Positions 49,269-62,200 of a stretch of DNA of 64,000 nucleotides are shown in pieces. Numbering within the stretch: the first letter of the stretch is position 1; every line of letters begins with the position of its first letter. Source of the stretch: Okamejei kenojei (taxonomy: Eukaryota); assembly GCA_035221665.1 (NCBI GenBank), contig JAVHYY010000112.1:186001-250000 (forward strand), in the 5' to 3' direction. The position numbers were made by a program, and so were the translations under genes. Below the pieces are notes generated by a model, which was given only the letters and a program-made list of their open reading frames with translations, did not search any database and was not told the origin of the DNA.

Positions 49269-49458
49269 NNNNNNNNNNNNNNNNNNNNNNNNNNNNNNNN
49301 NNNNNNNNNNNNNNNNNNNNNNNNNNNNNNNNNNNNNNNNNNNNNNNNNNNNNNNNNNNNNNNNNNNNNNNNNNNNNNNNNNNNNNNNNNNNNNNNNNNN
49401 NNNNNNNNNNNNNNNNNNNNNNNNNNNNNNNNNNNNNNNNNNNNNNNNNNNNNNNNNN
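49269..49458. other. Assembly gap (N run)
   Basis: Run of N. Confidence 1.
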
Positions 49459-50377
49459 CCTCGTCCCCATGCACACGCTGCTCATCAGTTTTTTGGTGGC
49501 AGAGGTATTTTGATTTGAGAAGTGATACTAGATTGGGAACTATATGTCGTACATCATCTGCTATGCAGTACATTTGCCATGTTATACAGTCATGGGAGTA
49601 TACAGCATGGAAATAGCACTTCCGCTCAACCCGCCCTCATCGAACAAAATGCCCCATCTACACTAGTCCAATATACCTGCGTTGGGCCCATATCCCTATA
49701 AACCATTCCTCTCCATGTACCTAATCGAAATGTATTTTGAACAACCTCCTCTGGCAGCTAGTTCCATGTACCCTCCGCCCATTGAGTGGAAAAGCTTCTC
49801 CTCAAGTTCTTATTAAATCTCTCCGTCTCGTCTTAAACGTTTGTCCTCAGGCCCTAGATTCGAAAGAAGCTACGCTGGGTAAAAGACTCTGTGAATATAC
49901 GCTGCCTATTCCCGTTGTGATCGTATACACCGCTACATGATAATTTATGTAGTCTATTCCTGGAATGTAGTGCCAATATTAGCAATGATGGCGGATTCCG
50001 TTGTAAGTAGAGCAGATTAGATCGGAGTAGAGCATATGGTCGGACGATAGACACAGCCAGGCGATGTAGGCCCGGCCCAATAACTGGTTGGATCCAACTT
50101 CGCTGGCCACATTCGTGCTTCGGGAGACAAGTAGGTGGCAGTGACGAGCGTGATACAACGGGCAACAGTAACCGCTTTGATTTTCTCATGTAATTCAAGG
50201 TTAATTAAACAGGAAATTCAGGATGGACAGTAAGCAGACAGTATGACAGGAGAGAGAAGCATATTTACCTCTTATGTCGATATACCTGTACACCACAGCT
50301 CTTTCATAGTATCAGATTAAACCTGTTTCCGGCCGAGATCATTTCAGTTCGCATTTCACTCTCAATGCAGTTAGAAT

Positions 50378-52291
50378 TTGCTGACCTTGATTATTTATTC
50401 GCTTCTTACAGCTGCAGCTCTCTTAAGGGGCAAGTCCAGGACCAAGCCTGTAAATCTTATTATGATGGGTTTCCTGGTATATTAAACCACGCCCGTGTTC
50501 TAAAGTCGTGCGCTCAGCGATTCCTCTCCTCCTCTCGAGATGCAATGATGACGAGCAGGTGGCGATGGAAAGGGTGGATGATTTTTAAATATAATTTCAT
50601 TCGGTAATTCACAGCGCGTTTTCTCCCACCTTCATTTAGCTTTTAGTGCAAGGAGATCTTTATTGGCGTTCTACCTCAGATCAGTATCAGGATACTGTAT
50701 CAGAATGGATTTCAGTAAGGCCTTTGAATGGATTTCAGTAAGGCCTTTGACAAGGTTCCCCATGGAAGGTTGGTTCAGAAAGTTCAATCTTTGGGTGTTA
50801 ATGGCGGAGTAGCAAGATGGATTCAACAGTGGCTGAATGGGAGATGTCAGAGAGTAATGGTGGATGGCTGTTTGTCAGGTTGGAAGCCGGTGACCAGTGG
50901 GGTGCCTCAGGGATCTGTGTTGGGTCCACTGTTGTTTGTCATGTACATCAATGATCTGGATGATGGGGTGGAAAATTGGATAAGTAAGTATGCAGATGAT
51001 ACTAAGATAGGTGGTATTGTGGATAATGAAGTAGATTCTCAAAGTCTACAGAGAGATTTGGGCCATTTGAAAAAGTGGGCTGAAAGATGGCAGATGGAGA
51101 TTAATGCTAATAAGTGTGAAGTGCTACATCTTGGCAGGACAAATCAAAATAGGACGTACATGGTAAATGGTAGGGAATTGAGGAATGCTGTGGAACAGAG
51201 GGATCTAGGAATAACTGTGCATAGTTCCCTGAAGGTGGAATCGCATGTAGATAGGGTGGTAAAGAAAGCCTTTGGTGTGCTGGCCTTTATAAATCAGAGC
51301 ATTGAATATAGGAGTGGGGAAGTAATGTTAAAATTGTACAAGGCATTGGTAAGACCAATTCTGGAGTATGGTGTACAATTTTGGTCGCCTAGTTATAGGA
51401 AGGATGAAAAACAAAATAGAGAGAGTACAGAGGAGATTTACTAGAATGTTGCCAGGGTTCCAGCAACTATGTTACAGAGAAAGGTTGAACAAGTTAGGTC
51501 TTTATTATTTGGAGCGCAGAAGGTTAAGGGGGGACTTGATTGAGGTCTTTAAAATGATGAAAGGGATTGACAGAGTTGACGTGGATAAGCTTTTCCCATT
51601 GAGGGTAGGGAAGATTCAAACAAGAGGGCATGACATGAGAATTAAGGGACAGAAGTTTAGGGGTAACGTGAGGGGGAACTTCTTTACTCAGAGGGTGGTG
51701 GCTGTGTGGAATGAGCTTCCAGCAGAGGTGGTGGAGGCAGGATCGATTTTAAAAATTTAAAAGTAAAGTGGATAGGTATATGGACGTGAAGGGAATGGAG
51801 GGGTATGGTCTGAGTGCAGGTAGATGGGACTAGGGGAAAACAAATGATCGGCACGGACTGGAAGGGCCGAGAGGGCCTGTCTCCGTGCTGTAAATTGTTA
51901 TATGGTTATTATATGGTTATATGGATAAGGTGAGCGTGAGCAGAATGCGGTAATTTTATTTAACTTCGTTTCCGGAATCATGCAGAACATTGGCGAGGCG
52001 ACGCCGTTTACCAGACACCAGTGGTGGTGACAATGAGCGAAGGGATGATGCCCAGTTGAACTGCAACTATACAGGTACAAGGTCGAACAATCTTGTTCTA
52101 ATGTCGTACCGTCAGTATCCCGGCAGATCCCTTGCGTTTCTGCTGTTCACAACGAAATTCAAGGCCGCCAGAAGAACAGCGCTGGAGAACATTTTTCTGC
52201 GAAGTTTAACCATTTGATAGGTACGGTCCCGCGGACTGTGTCGCAAACGCGGCTGCGTGGCGCGGCAATGTATTAATGCGCCCTGAACCCC
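50378..52291 (+). pseudogene. TCR V segment V8 (degraded leader ~50378-50430, V exon 51986-52291)
   Basis: ATG>TTG start, GT>GC donor, frameshifts, WYRQ>SYRQ and YYC>Y*C; paralog of V3. Confidence 0.87.
50695..51922 (+). mobile_element. 5'-truncated CR1 LINE of a second subfamily, in the V8 intron
   Basis: DFSKAFDKVPH, SGVPQGSVLGP and YADD; (GTTATATG)n tail; TSD GGATA at 50690-50694 and 51923-51927; empty site at 10439. Confidence 0.93.
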
Positions 52292-52330
52292 CACCGAGGC
52301 GCAGAATTGGGCTGTCCCTGTACAAAAACT
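52292..52330 (+). other. 23-RSS of V8 (CACCGAG-23-ACAAAAACT)
   Basis: Same position and spacer length as the V1/V2 RSS. Confidence 0.85.
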
Positions 52331-55300
52331 GCCAGTGCAACCCGGTCCGGTAGTAGCGCGTAAGCATAACTTTGTCAGCATCGGCGCGTTTTCGCTCAAT
52401 GATGCACTCGTCCCAACGCAAGCGTGTTTGCTGTCATTAATGCCCGATTTTAAAATATTCGAACAGCCTGACAATTCGGTTGAAGAATATCTTCTCACAA
52501 AAGCAAGATCAGGTTTTTGAACACGACAGAACTCTATCAGATGAACTGTGAACTGCCTTGTTTGCTAAGCACTCCACACTTCTTTATGCACTGGGGATTA
52601 GTTCATTAATATATGAGTTGCGGTTATATGTAGCATCAATGTACGTTTTGTTGCAGTAATATTATGCTGCTGTCACCGTTCCTTTGGCTATACACATGAC
52701 AATATACATTCTTGACCAATGTCCCTTGACGCTTGATTCAATGGTATTCAGCAAGATCAGGAATCCATTGAATGGATTCCTGCTCCTTCACTCCTGCTCA
52801 TTCGACCAGCGAATTCCACATCACAGCCACAAGTTCTCTAAAAGAAACATACGTTTTAGATTAGTTTACGATTCGTTTAGAGACACAACGTGGAAACAGA
52901 CCCTTCCGCCCACCTACTAGCGATTTTCCACACACTAGTTATATTATATGCAATAAGGATAATTTACATACGCCAATTCACCTACATACCTGCACGTCTT
53001 TGGAATTTTGGAGGAAACCGGAGCATGCGGAGAAAACCCACAGGGCCACACGGAAAACGTACATACTACGTACAGGCAGCACCGGTAGTAAGGATCAAAC
53101 CCCGGGATTCTGGGGGCCGTAGGAAATGGAAGGAAAGGCAATAACTCCTCCTTCAGTTTTCACTGTCTTGGAGAACAAGGAACGATGTCTTTGGTTGTAC
53201 TTAGCACTTTGCCCTACTATTGGGGTTATTGAATTATTGATTTATGTGTGCATTCTCCCACAGGCCTCTAATGCTGCTGCAAGTAACGATTTAATTCATC
53301 CATTGTTTTTTAAACACCCTTCACGGTCACCCTTGTGTCTTGATCCTTTTGAGTACCTGCTCTACTGTCCATTCAACCTTCAAATTCCAGATTGCAGCTA
53401 CTCACGTCATAAAGGAAAGCTCCTTCCTCATTTCCACCGTTGCTTATCCTCTGACCACTTGCTCCTCACAACATGATCAATTTTCGCTATTTTTTTTTTA
53501 CCAAAACCCTTAAACATATTGAGTAAAAGCATGAGCATATTTTTATATTTATTCCTTCAAGCATATGGTTGAGCGGGGGCATCTTGCAGTCTTTCGCAAT
53601 TGATCATTCAATGAAATATAGATAAAACGTTCACTTTCACTTCGACATATTACTTCAGAACGTTGAGCAAAACATAGTGTTGGAGGAACACATGGGGTCC
53701 GGAACCATTCTGTTGGGCATGGGAAAGCGATGTTTCGGGTCGGGACAATTATTCGGGGTCGTGTAGATCATATATAGAACAACCTGTGGTTAATCAGCAG
53801 GACGGTCAGCATCTCTGGAGAGAAGGAATGGATTGAGTCCCTTCTTCAGACCGTTTCGACAATGTCATCCAGAAATAGTGCCTGAACCGCTGTTAATTCA
53901 GCACTTAGTGTTTGGCTCACGATTCGGGTAGGTACAGTTCCGTGTTGAAAAACGATCTGCATATGCTGGAAAATCGGGGGTAGATAAAAATGCTGGAGAA
54001 ACTCAGCGGGCGAGGCAGCATCTATGGAGCGAAGGAAATTGGCATCGTTTCGGGCCGAACCTTCTTCAGACTGATGTGAGGATGGAGGGGGGTGTTATCT
54101 TTTTTGTCACGTTTTCATCGCCCGTGGCACAGCGACCTCCTGTGGATTATTCGGTAGCGGAATTCAGGCCTATGTGCGAAAAACCGCGGTGACAGGTGAC
54201 GAACGGTCGACTGTACTACTACCCCAGGAAGCGCATTTGAATTTGCAGTACCACCATATCCGAGGGCGACGCCAGCACAAAGCAAGCGACGCTATGATGT
54301 CCATCTATTCTCTGTCTACTACGGACACCCGGCGCTCCCGGTTGCTAATTCAATACGGCTCACCACTCCAAAGCCAACATGTCGTTTCCTCGGCTTCCTC
54401 CACTGCTAGCGTGAGGCCAAACGAAACAAAACAGGAACCTCACCTCTTTTTCCTCTTTGGTATTGTGCAGGCGGACGGTATGGGCAATGGATTTTATAAT
54501 TCTGGGTAACCCTGATCCATCGGGCCCTTTGTCCACACATAGGTACCTACTAATATAAATCCTTCTCAAAACACCCCGCTCCTTGTCACCCAACCTCCCG
54601 TACGTCATATGTCCAACCTCTGCACATTCCTTCCAATGGATACCATACCCTGACTATTCCCACCTGCCCACGCCATATTCCATCTTCCTTTCTCACGTGA
54701 TTCCATCACCTGCAACCCCGCTTACAGATACCAATCACCAATTTGTTATGTTCACTCTTTTCCCCCTGACTGGTTCCACCCACCAATCAATCTCTTATCA
54801 CTTTGATCCACCAGTCGCAAACCAGACTGTCCTTGCGCTGACGTAATGAAGATGGATATCTCTCCTCCACCCCTTATCTCCAGAGGAAGGATCTGGAGAA
54901 AAAACTATCTATTTCCTTCCACGGATGCTGCCTGAACTCAGTAGTTTGTTTTATTTTTGCATTACAGATCGATTTTACAGTGAAACGAAGATTGAACGAT
55001 TTCTTCCCTTAAATAAAACATTCGTTTTTTCAACTCGGCCTTCTTCTATTACCACTAGCAACACCAAGGAACTGAGCAATTATGTCTTCAATAATTTATT
55101 AATTCCGTGTCCTGGATTAATTTGAGTGGGGAGACGCAGGAAACTACAGATGCTGGAAACGTGAGCAAACCTCAAAGTACTGGAGGATATCAACGGACCT
55201 GGGAGGATCTTTCGAGGGGATGTCTCACCCGTTGAATTACTCGTCTATCATGCAATTCATTCGTTTTTGTTTGAGAGATTTCATTCACCTTTAGTTGACA

Positions 55301-56230
55301 CCGTTTATGGAAATGCCGTTTGCAAACATACACTTTTCGGGAAAATGTTGTACATTGTAATGCATGAGATTTGTTTGGCTTAGCATTTTCTTCGGTACCG
55401 TCGGGCCGAGGGGGGCATTGCTGTGCTGTGCGTTTCAATGAACTATGATATGCGCTGTTCGTCATCTTTTTTTGTGTTAAACGTTGATGTCCTCCAAAGT
55501 TTCTGCAGTTCCGCCGGAGTTTTGTCCTTGCATCATACGTAACGGATTTACTGTGTTCGCCTTTCTACTTGACAGCGTGGAATAAGATGAGATATTCCGC
55601 TTTGTACCCGTTTTGCTGTAAATCGGGAGGGACAGAGAAAAAATGATCGGAAGCTAATGCGGGGAATATAGATGCAGAGATACACAGAGGAACAGGGAAA
55701 GGTTATTGGTGTGATAGGAATGTTTGAGAGAGAAGGCGAAGCACAAGGTGGAATAAACGGAGGGCGACGTGTGTGTGTGTAGGTGGGGTGGAGGTGTTAG
55801 GAATGAAATAAGTGAGAGACGGAGAAAGGGGGAATTAAGTACAAATATATATGGAGAGCGAGAACTAGAGCGAGGCTGTTGATATGGACACCGTTGATGA
55901 GGACACTCGTTGGAAATTACAAGGTTTTCGGAACTCGCAGCGAAGGCTGTGAATTTGATGACAAATACAACAATGACCACGATGGGAGTAGGGAGCCAAG
56001 TCGGTGTAAACATTCAGATATTGCAGAACGAGCAGATGTTGTGGATAGAACGACGTATTTTCTGGATACGTTGAAGTCAGTGAGAGCGAAACAAACAGCT
56101 AAAGCTGTAGAAGGCGCAGACGACAAGACAAACCGAGTGGATGTGGAATGAGTTTGCATGGCACAAGGAAACCACAAACAGCATACGCGCTGCAGACATA
56201 TATCGGCTCAAAAAGCAAAGCAGAAGTTGA

Positions 56231-56268
56231 TGTTTATGTACGAAGGTTTAACTGGTTTCATCACTGTG
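56231..56268 (-). other. RSS of V9 (CACAGTG-22-ACATAAACA)
   Basis: cactgtg at 56262-56268; nonamer 56231-56239 with one substitution in the A-tract. Confidence 0.88.
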
Positions 56269-56996
56269 CTCCTCAGGCAGCAGTAATAAACAGCAGAGTC
56301 GCTCAGCTGCAGCCCCGAAAGTGTTAAGCTAGTGAATTTTGTTTCGGTCTGTAGCTGGGCAGAGAAGCGAGCACGGGCAAAATGTGCTTTCTCCTCGCCT
56401 CCTCCTGAATATTTCAATAGTATGAATTCAGGTCCTGAGTCTGGAATATGCCGATACCAATATAAGTAGTAGTTCTGGACAGCGGTAGCGTAGGTGCAGC
56501 TGAATGTCTCCGACTCTCCTTCTTCATTCTGTGCAGAAGGCAGCGACTGTGTGACGGAATCTCCGTGACTCGGATCTGAAGAACATGTGGATTCGGTTTG
56601 GTTTTATTATTGTCATACGTGCAACGAGATACGCGGAAGAGCTTCAATTATATGCTATCGTAACATATCAGCTAATACAATACATAACTTCAATCAAATC
56701 AAACGCATGTGCAACGCAGAGCAAAGGGGAAGATAGAGACAGCAGAATATAATCCTGATTGTACACATTCCAATGTCCACATAGAGTAAAGGTGAATCAG
56801 CTTATGGAAGTGAATTGCACAGTATCCCCGGTTATCGAGGTATATCGGGACAATACGCAGGCTGTATTTTAATATAGGGAAATTAGAGCGCAACTCGGAT
56901 TGCAATCACTTTCACATGAAAGCCCATGGACTGTTTTTTTGGAAATGTACCTGTCAGACATGCTCCACATACAAACCAGATGGCGAAATTTCGCAT
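56269..56996 (-). CDS. TCR alpha/delta V segment V9, open reading frame (leader exon 56951-56996, V exon 56269-56575)
   Basis: Leader MRNFAIWFVCGACLT-G|GT; ttcag acceptor. Open exon DPSHGDSVTQSLPSAQNEEGESETFSCTYATAVQNYYLYWYRHIPDSGPEFILLKYSGGGEEKAHFARARFSAQLQTETKFTSLTLSGLQLSDSAVYYCCLR. Confidence 0.92.
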
Positions 56997-57188
56997 TTTC
57001 CAATTACCTCGACGATCGAGTGCTATGGGGCTTTCGGATCTACTCGTGTCTCCTGTTTGCGTTGGTGGCGCTGTGACAAGGCTGAGTGGGGAGTGACTGA
57101 CAGCAAATGGAAACCCCTGCGTCGAATCGCTCCACCCTCTATACCCCGTGTACGTCAACCTCCCCCCGAGCCACGACACGTCCTCCCG

Positions 57189-57203
57189 GGGAAGTGGTTC
57201 CGC
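57189..57203. promoter_or_regulatory. Candidate Ets/Runx promoter element upstream of V9 (paralog 20861-20875)
   Basis: GGGAAGTGGTTCCGC is identical in both paralogs, ~200 bp upstream of the leader ATG; motif inference only. Confidence 0.35.
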
Positions 57204-59221
57204 TTGCAGAGATCCCGGTGGGGAAGAAAACCTCCTTATACATGTACAGGGAAGGGCTAGACCTGACATTCAAATGCGACGGCATTATGGAACAAACGAG
57301 GACTGGAACAAAATAGACATGAGCGAGTTTACCGAATGCCTGTTGAAATCGTGCTGTCTGGCGAAATCTGTCTTCGAGACGAGTCATCAAATATGCCAAT
57401 TCGCGAATCGAATCTCAGAGAATGGGTAGATCGCAAATTGCTGTGTTGCGCAATTTGCAGTTATAATCGTGCAGTTTGGAGACATGGGCAATGTCATGAC
57501 ACCGATAATTAGCATTTTGTGGAAATAACAGGGAGGACAGGGAGTGAATGGGTGAAGAGGTAGGGAAGACGTATCAATTATGTGCGAGGGGGCGTGAGTG
57601 ATATTGACAGAAACAGGGAAAGATATACAGAGTACCAACAGCTTGGAGTAACGGCGCTATTGACTACCGTTCGAAAGGCACGTGGCGTATCTGAGGACAA
57701 ACGAAACGAATAGTAACATTCGGAAGAACATTCGGTGTCGGCGCCATAACGTCGCCACACTTATGTATTTGCCAAGATGTGGTCTGCTATACAATTTTAC
57801 CGGGTTGTATACAAACCAAGCATTTCACTGTACTTAGTGACAACATGTGAAAATAGTATCACTCTATCACAGAATGTCTTACCCTATTATTGAATTGAAA
57901 AACAGCGAACAAATGTTATACACTGTGTGAAAAAAGCCTTTGAAAAAGCATGGTTAAATTAACCAGCTCAAAACATTTTGGAGTCATACAACACAAAATT
58001 CAGTCCACGACGTCCATGTCGACATTTTTTTGCCATCTTCACCGATCACGTTTGGCCGTCTTTGGACGCTACGCTTTGCACCCATTTCCTTTCAGTTTAG
58101 TTGAGAGATAAACAGCGCGGGAAAAAGGCCCTTAGGCCCACCGGGCCCGCCCCGACCAACGATTCCGCATATTAACACTATCCTACACACTAGGGATTTT
58201 TTTTTACATTTAACATGCCTATTTACCTACATACCTGTACGTCTTTGCAATATGAGAGGAAACAGAAGATCGCTGAGAAAACCCACCCAGGTCACGGGGA
58301 GAACGTAAAAACTCCGTACAGACAGCGCCTGTCGTCGGAATCGAACTCGGATCTCCTGCGCTGTAAGCACTGTAAGGCTGATACTGTATCGCCGCGACAC
58401 CTCTACCGAGTTGTTTATGTAACGCCCCTTTATGAAGCTAGTGATTTTATCTGGTTCCACTCCATCCTCTGGATGATTCTTCCCAATATCAATGACTCTG
58501 TGCAACGAAAACATTTATTTTAGATTTATTGCTACTTATTCTCCACTTGATCCATGTTTTGATTCCTCTACACCCGAGAGGGATATTCCCTACCGCTTCA
58601 CGCGATGCTTCTCGCAGCGTTATATTCGTCCGTGAATGTACCCTTCAAACCCTTTATTCCAGGCCAAAATAAATTAAACATGTTTCTTTGCTTCCCGTGC
58701 AAACTGTTTGTAACTGTTATCCACAAACCCGCGAACTCCCAGAGGTTTATATCTCCTCTTACAGATATGATATCCTCTCGTCTGAATTCGTCCATCTCCA
58801 CCGCATTTGCTCCCCAGGTGAGGTTTTGCTCATTCCTTTACTGTCATCTGTCCCGAAATGGAACAATGAATGTCTTATTTTGCACTAGCACCATATATAT
58901 CAACAGTTTACCGTGTAAAACCCATAAAACCAACAAAAGCCTTCAGTGTATGTATATAAAAACGGAGAAATAAAATTTACAATAACCTAAAAAATAGACA
59001 ATAATAAGTACAACCTTCCTAATCTCTCCATACCTCTTATACCAGCACATTATCTGATTATCAGTTAGTGCAGGCAGAAATAGTTTCTCATTTTGGCCCC
59101 ACCAAACCCTTTCAACTGTTAGATTTATATCATTGATTTTATTAATTTATTCTATCCCGCATTTGGTGGTGGATGAAAATCCAACCGATTTCCGCAATTC
59201 AATCTTCACAGAGACATATCT

Positions 59222-62200
59222 TCACAGCGACACCCGACCGGTAAGGATAAAAAATCAAGCGCGGGGCTTGTTTTTCAGAGGCCCGCAGGAGCCGTTGGAA
59301 GAAGAGGAGGAGGGGGAGGAGCGACACCCGACCGGTAAGGATAAAAATCAAGCGCGGGGCTTGTTTTTCAGAGGCCCACAGGAGCCGTTGGAAGAAGAGG
59401 AGGAGGGGGAGGAGCGACACCCGACCGGTAAGGATAAAAATCAAGCGCGGGGCTTGTTTTTCAGAGGCTTACCCAAATCCATAACGTCCATTTGGAGAAG
59501 TGGGTTTTTTTTGAGGAAGCCGCTGAATGGTGGAAGAGGACCCGAGGAAGCAGCTGACTGGGTGCAACCCCGGGTTTACAATTTTACATTTTCTGCTTCT
59601 GGGAGTGAGGGATTCTGGGAGTTAAGGATTCAGTATTTAGTAGTAAAGTTTAAAGGATAAGTTTTTGTGTTTTTTTAATATTTAATACAGTGTAATTTGG
59701 GAGTAAGGTATGGCAGTAGAGATTGGCCCCGTGGTTTGTTCAGCCTGCAACATGTGGGAGATCAGGGAGATGGTCGGTGTCCCTGGTGACTACGTTTGCA
59801 GGAAGTGTGTCCAGCTGCAGCCCCTGGCAAACCGCATTGAACGATTGGAACTGCGGCTGGATTCATACTGGAGCATCCACGATGCGGAGAAAGTCGTGGA
59901 TAGCACGTACAGTGAGTTGGTCACACCGCAGGCAAAAGGTAAGAGGACAAGAAGGGAACGGGTGGCCAATAGCCAGCAAAGCAGTAGGCAGGTAGTGCAG
60001 GAGTCCCCTGCGGTCATCTCCCTCCTAAACAGGTATACCATTTTGGATACTGTTGAGGGAGATGGCTCATCAGGGGAATGCAGCAGCAGCCAAGTTCATG
60101 GCACCATGGGTGGCTCTGCAGCACATGAGGGGGGAAAAAAAGAGGGGAAGGGCAATAGTAATAGGGGATTCAATTGTCAGGGGAATAGATAGGCGTTTCT
60201 GCGGCCGCAAACGAGACTCCAGGATGGTATGTTGCCTCCCTGGTGCAAAGGTAAGGGATGTCACTGAACGGCTGCAGAACATTCTGGAGGGGGAGGGTGA
60301 ACAGCAGTTGTCGTGGTGCATGTTGGCACCAACGATATAGGTAAAAAAAGGGATGAGGTCCTACAAGGTGAATTTAGGGAGCTAGGAGATAAACTTAAAA
60401 GTAGGACTTCAAAGGTAGTAATCTCCGGATTACTACCAGTACCACGGGCCAGTCAGAGTAGAAATAGGAGGATAATGCAAATTAATACGTGGCTTGAAAA
60501 GTGGTGCAAGGGGGGGAGGGATTCAAATTTTTAGGGCACTGGGACCAGTTCTGGGGGAGGTGGGACCGGTACAAACAGGACGGTTTGCACCTGGAATGGA
60601 ATGGAACCAATGTTCTTGGGGGAGTGTTTGCTAGTGCTGTCGGGGAGGATTTAAACTATGTGGCAGGGGGATGGGTACAAGAGCAGAGAGGCAGGAGGGT
60701 GTAAAATGAGGGTAGAAGCATTAGGTAGCAGGGTGAAAAGTAAAAGTGGCAGGTAGACAAAACCAGGGCAAAAATCAAAAAGGGCCACTTTTCAGCAAAA
60801 TTGTATAAGGGGTAAGTGCGTTGTAAAGACAAGCCTGAAGGCTTTGTGTCTCAATGCAAGGAGTATTCGTAATAAGGTGGACGAGTTTGAACGTGCAGAT
60901 AGATATTAATGATTATGATATAGTTGGGATTACGGAGACATGGCTCCAGGGTGACGTAGGCTGGGAGCTGATCATCCAGGGGATATTCAATATTCAGGAG
61001 GGATAGAGAGAAAGGAAAAGGAGGTGGGGTAGCGTTGCTGGTTAGAGAGGAGATTAAACGCAATGGAAAGGAAGGACATTAGCTTGGAGGATTGTGGAAT
61101 CGGTAATGGGTAGAGCTACAAAACACTAAGGGGCAGAAAACTCTGGTGGGTGTGTTGTGTACAGGCCACCTAACAGTAGCAGAGAAGTTGGGGGTGGTAA
61201 CAAACAGGAAATTAGAAATGCGTGCGGACAAGGCAAAACAGTTATAATGGGTGACTTCAATCTACATATAGATTGGGTTAAATCAAATTGGCAGGGGTGC
61301 TGAGGAAGAGGATTTTTTGGAATGTATGCGGGATAGTTATCTAAATCAACATGTAGAGGAACCAACGAGAGAGCAGGCTATTTTTAGACTGGGTTTTGAG
61401 TAATGAGGAAGGGGTAATTAGCCGTCTTGTTGTACGTGCCCCCTTGGGCAAGAGTGACCATAATATGGTTTGAGTTTCTTCATTAGGATGGAGAGTGACA
61501 TTGTTAATTCAGAAAACAATGGTTCTGAACTTAAAGAAAGGTAACTTTGAGGGTATGAGACGTGAATTGGCCAAGATTGACTGGCAATTCATTCTAAAAG
61601 GGTTGACGGTGGATTATACAATGGAAGACATTTAAAGACTGCATGGATGAACTACAAAAAATTGTTCATCCCAGTTTGGCAAAAGAATAAAATCGGGGAA
61701 GGTAGTGCATCCGTTGGATAACAAGGGAAATCAGGGATAGTATCAAAGCAAAGGATGATGCGTACAAAGTAGCCAGAAAAAGCAGCATACCAGAGGACTG
61801 GGAGAAATTCAGAGACCAGCAGAGGAGGACAAAGGGCTTTAATTAGGAAAGGAAAAATAGATTATGAATGAAAACTGGCAGGGAACATAAAAACTGACTG
61901 AAAAAGTTTTTATAGATATGTGAAGAGAAAGAGGTTAGTTAAAACAAATGTAGGTCCCTTTGCAGTCAGAAACAGGTGAGTTGATCATGGGGAACAAGGA
62001 TAATGGCGGACCAATTGAATAACTACTTTGGTTCCGTCTTCACTAAGGAATACATAAATAATCTGCCTGAATAGCAGGGGGACTGTGGGTCAAAGGAGGA
62101 ATTGAGTGAAATCCAGGTCAGTCGGGAAGTGGTGTTTGGGTAAATGAATAGATTGAAAGCCGAATAAATCCCCAGGGCCAGATAGGCTGCATCCCAGAGT

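Larger units (their letters stand above)
45810..50280. repeat. Segmental duplicate of ~29050-34130 (V-like ghost + inverted fragment + V5/V7 unit)
   Basis: Colinear homology throughout, e.g. 29097 vs 45860, 30436 vs 47593, 34080 vs 50237. Confidence 0.88.

Noticed and set aside
55879-56177. Short ORFs downstream of the V9 and V4 RSS (also 17293-17517)
   Set aside because: No recognisable domain, and frames are not preserved between the two paralogs; the similarity is explained by the duplication.
17553-56996. NAR-TCR (supporting V-delta) or IgH-like V segments
   Set aside because: V4, V7 and V9 have their own leader exons (V5 a degraded one) and no CDR1 cysteine. No NAR-type V-D-J cassette or IgH-type framework was recognised.
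59226-59468. CRISPR-like or satellite array
   Set aside because: Head-to-tail identical units without spacers, in a eukaryotic LINE 5' end.
59133-59660. 175-aa ORF with repeated acidic EEEEEGEE motif
   Set aside because: Chance read-through of the 93-bp CR1 5' UTR monomers; it starts in flanking DNA and has no proper start context.
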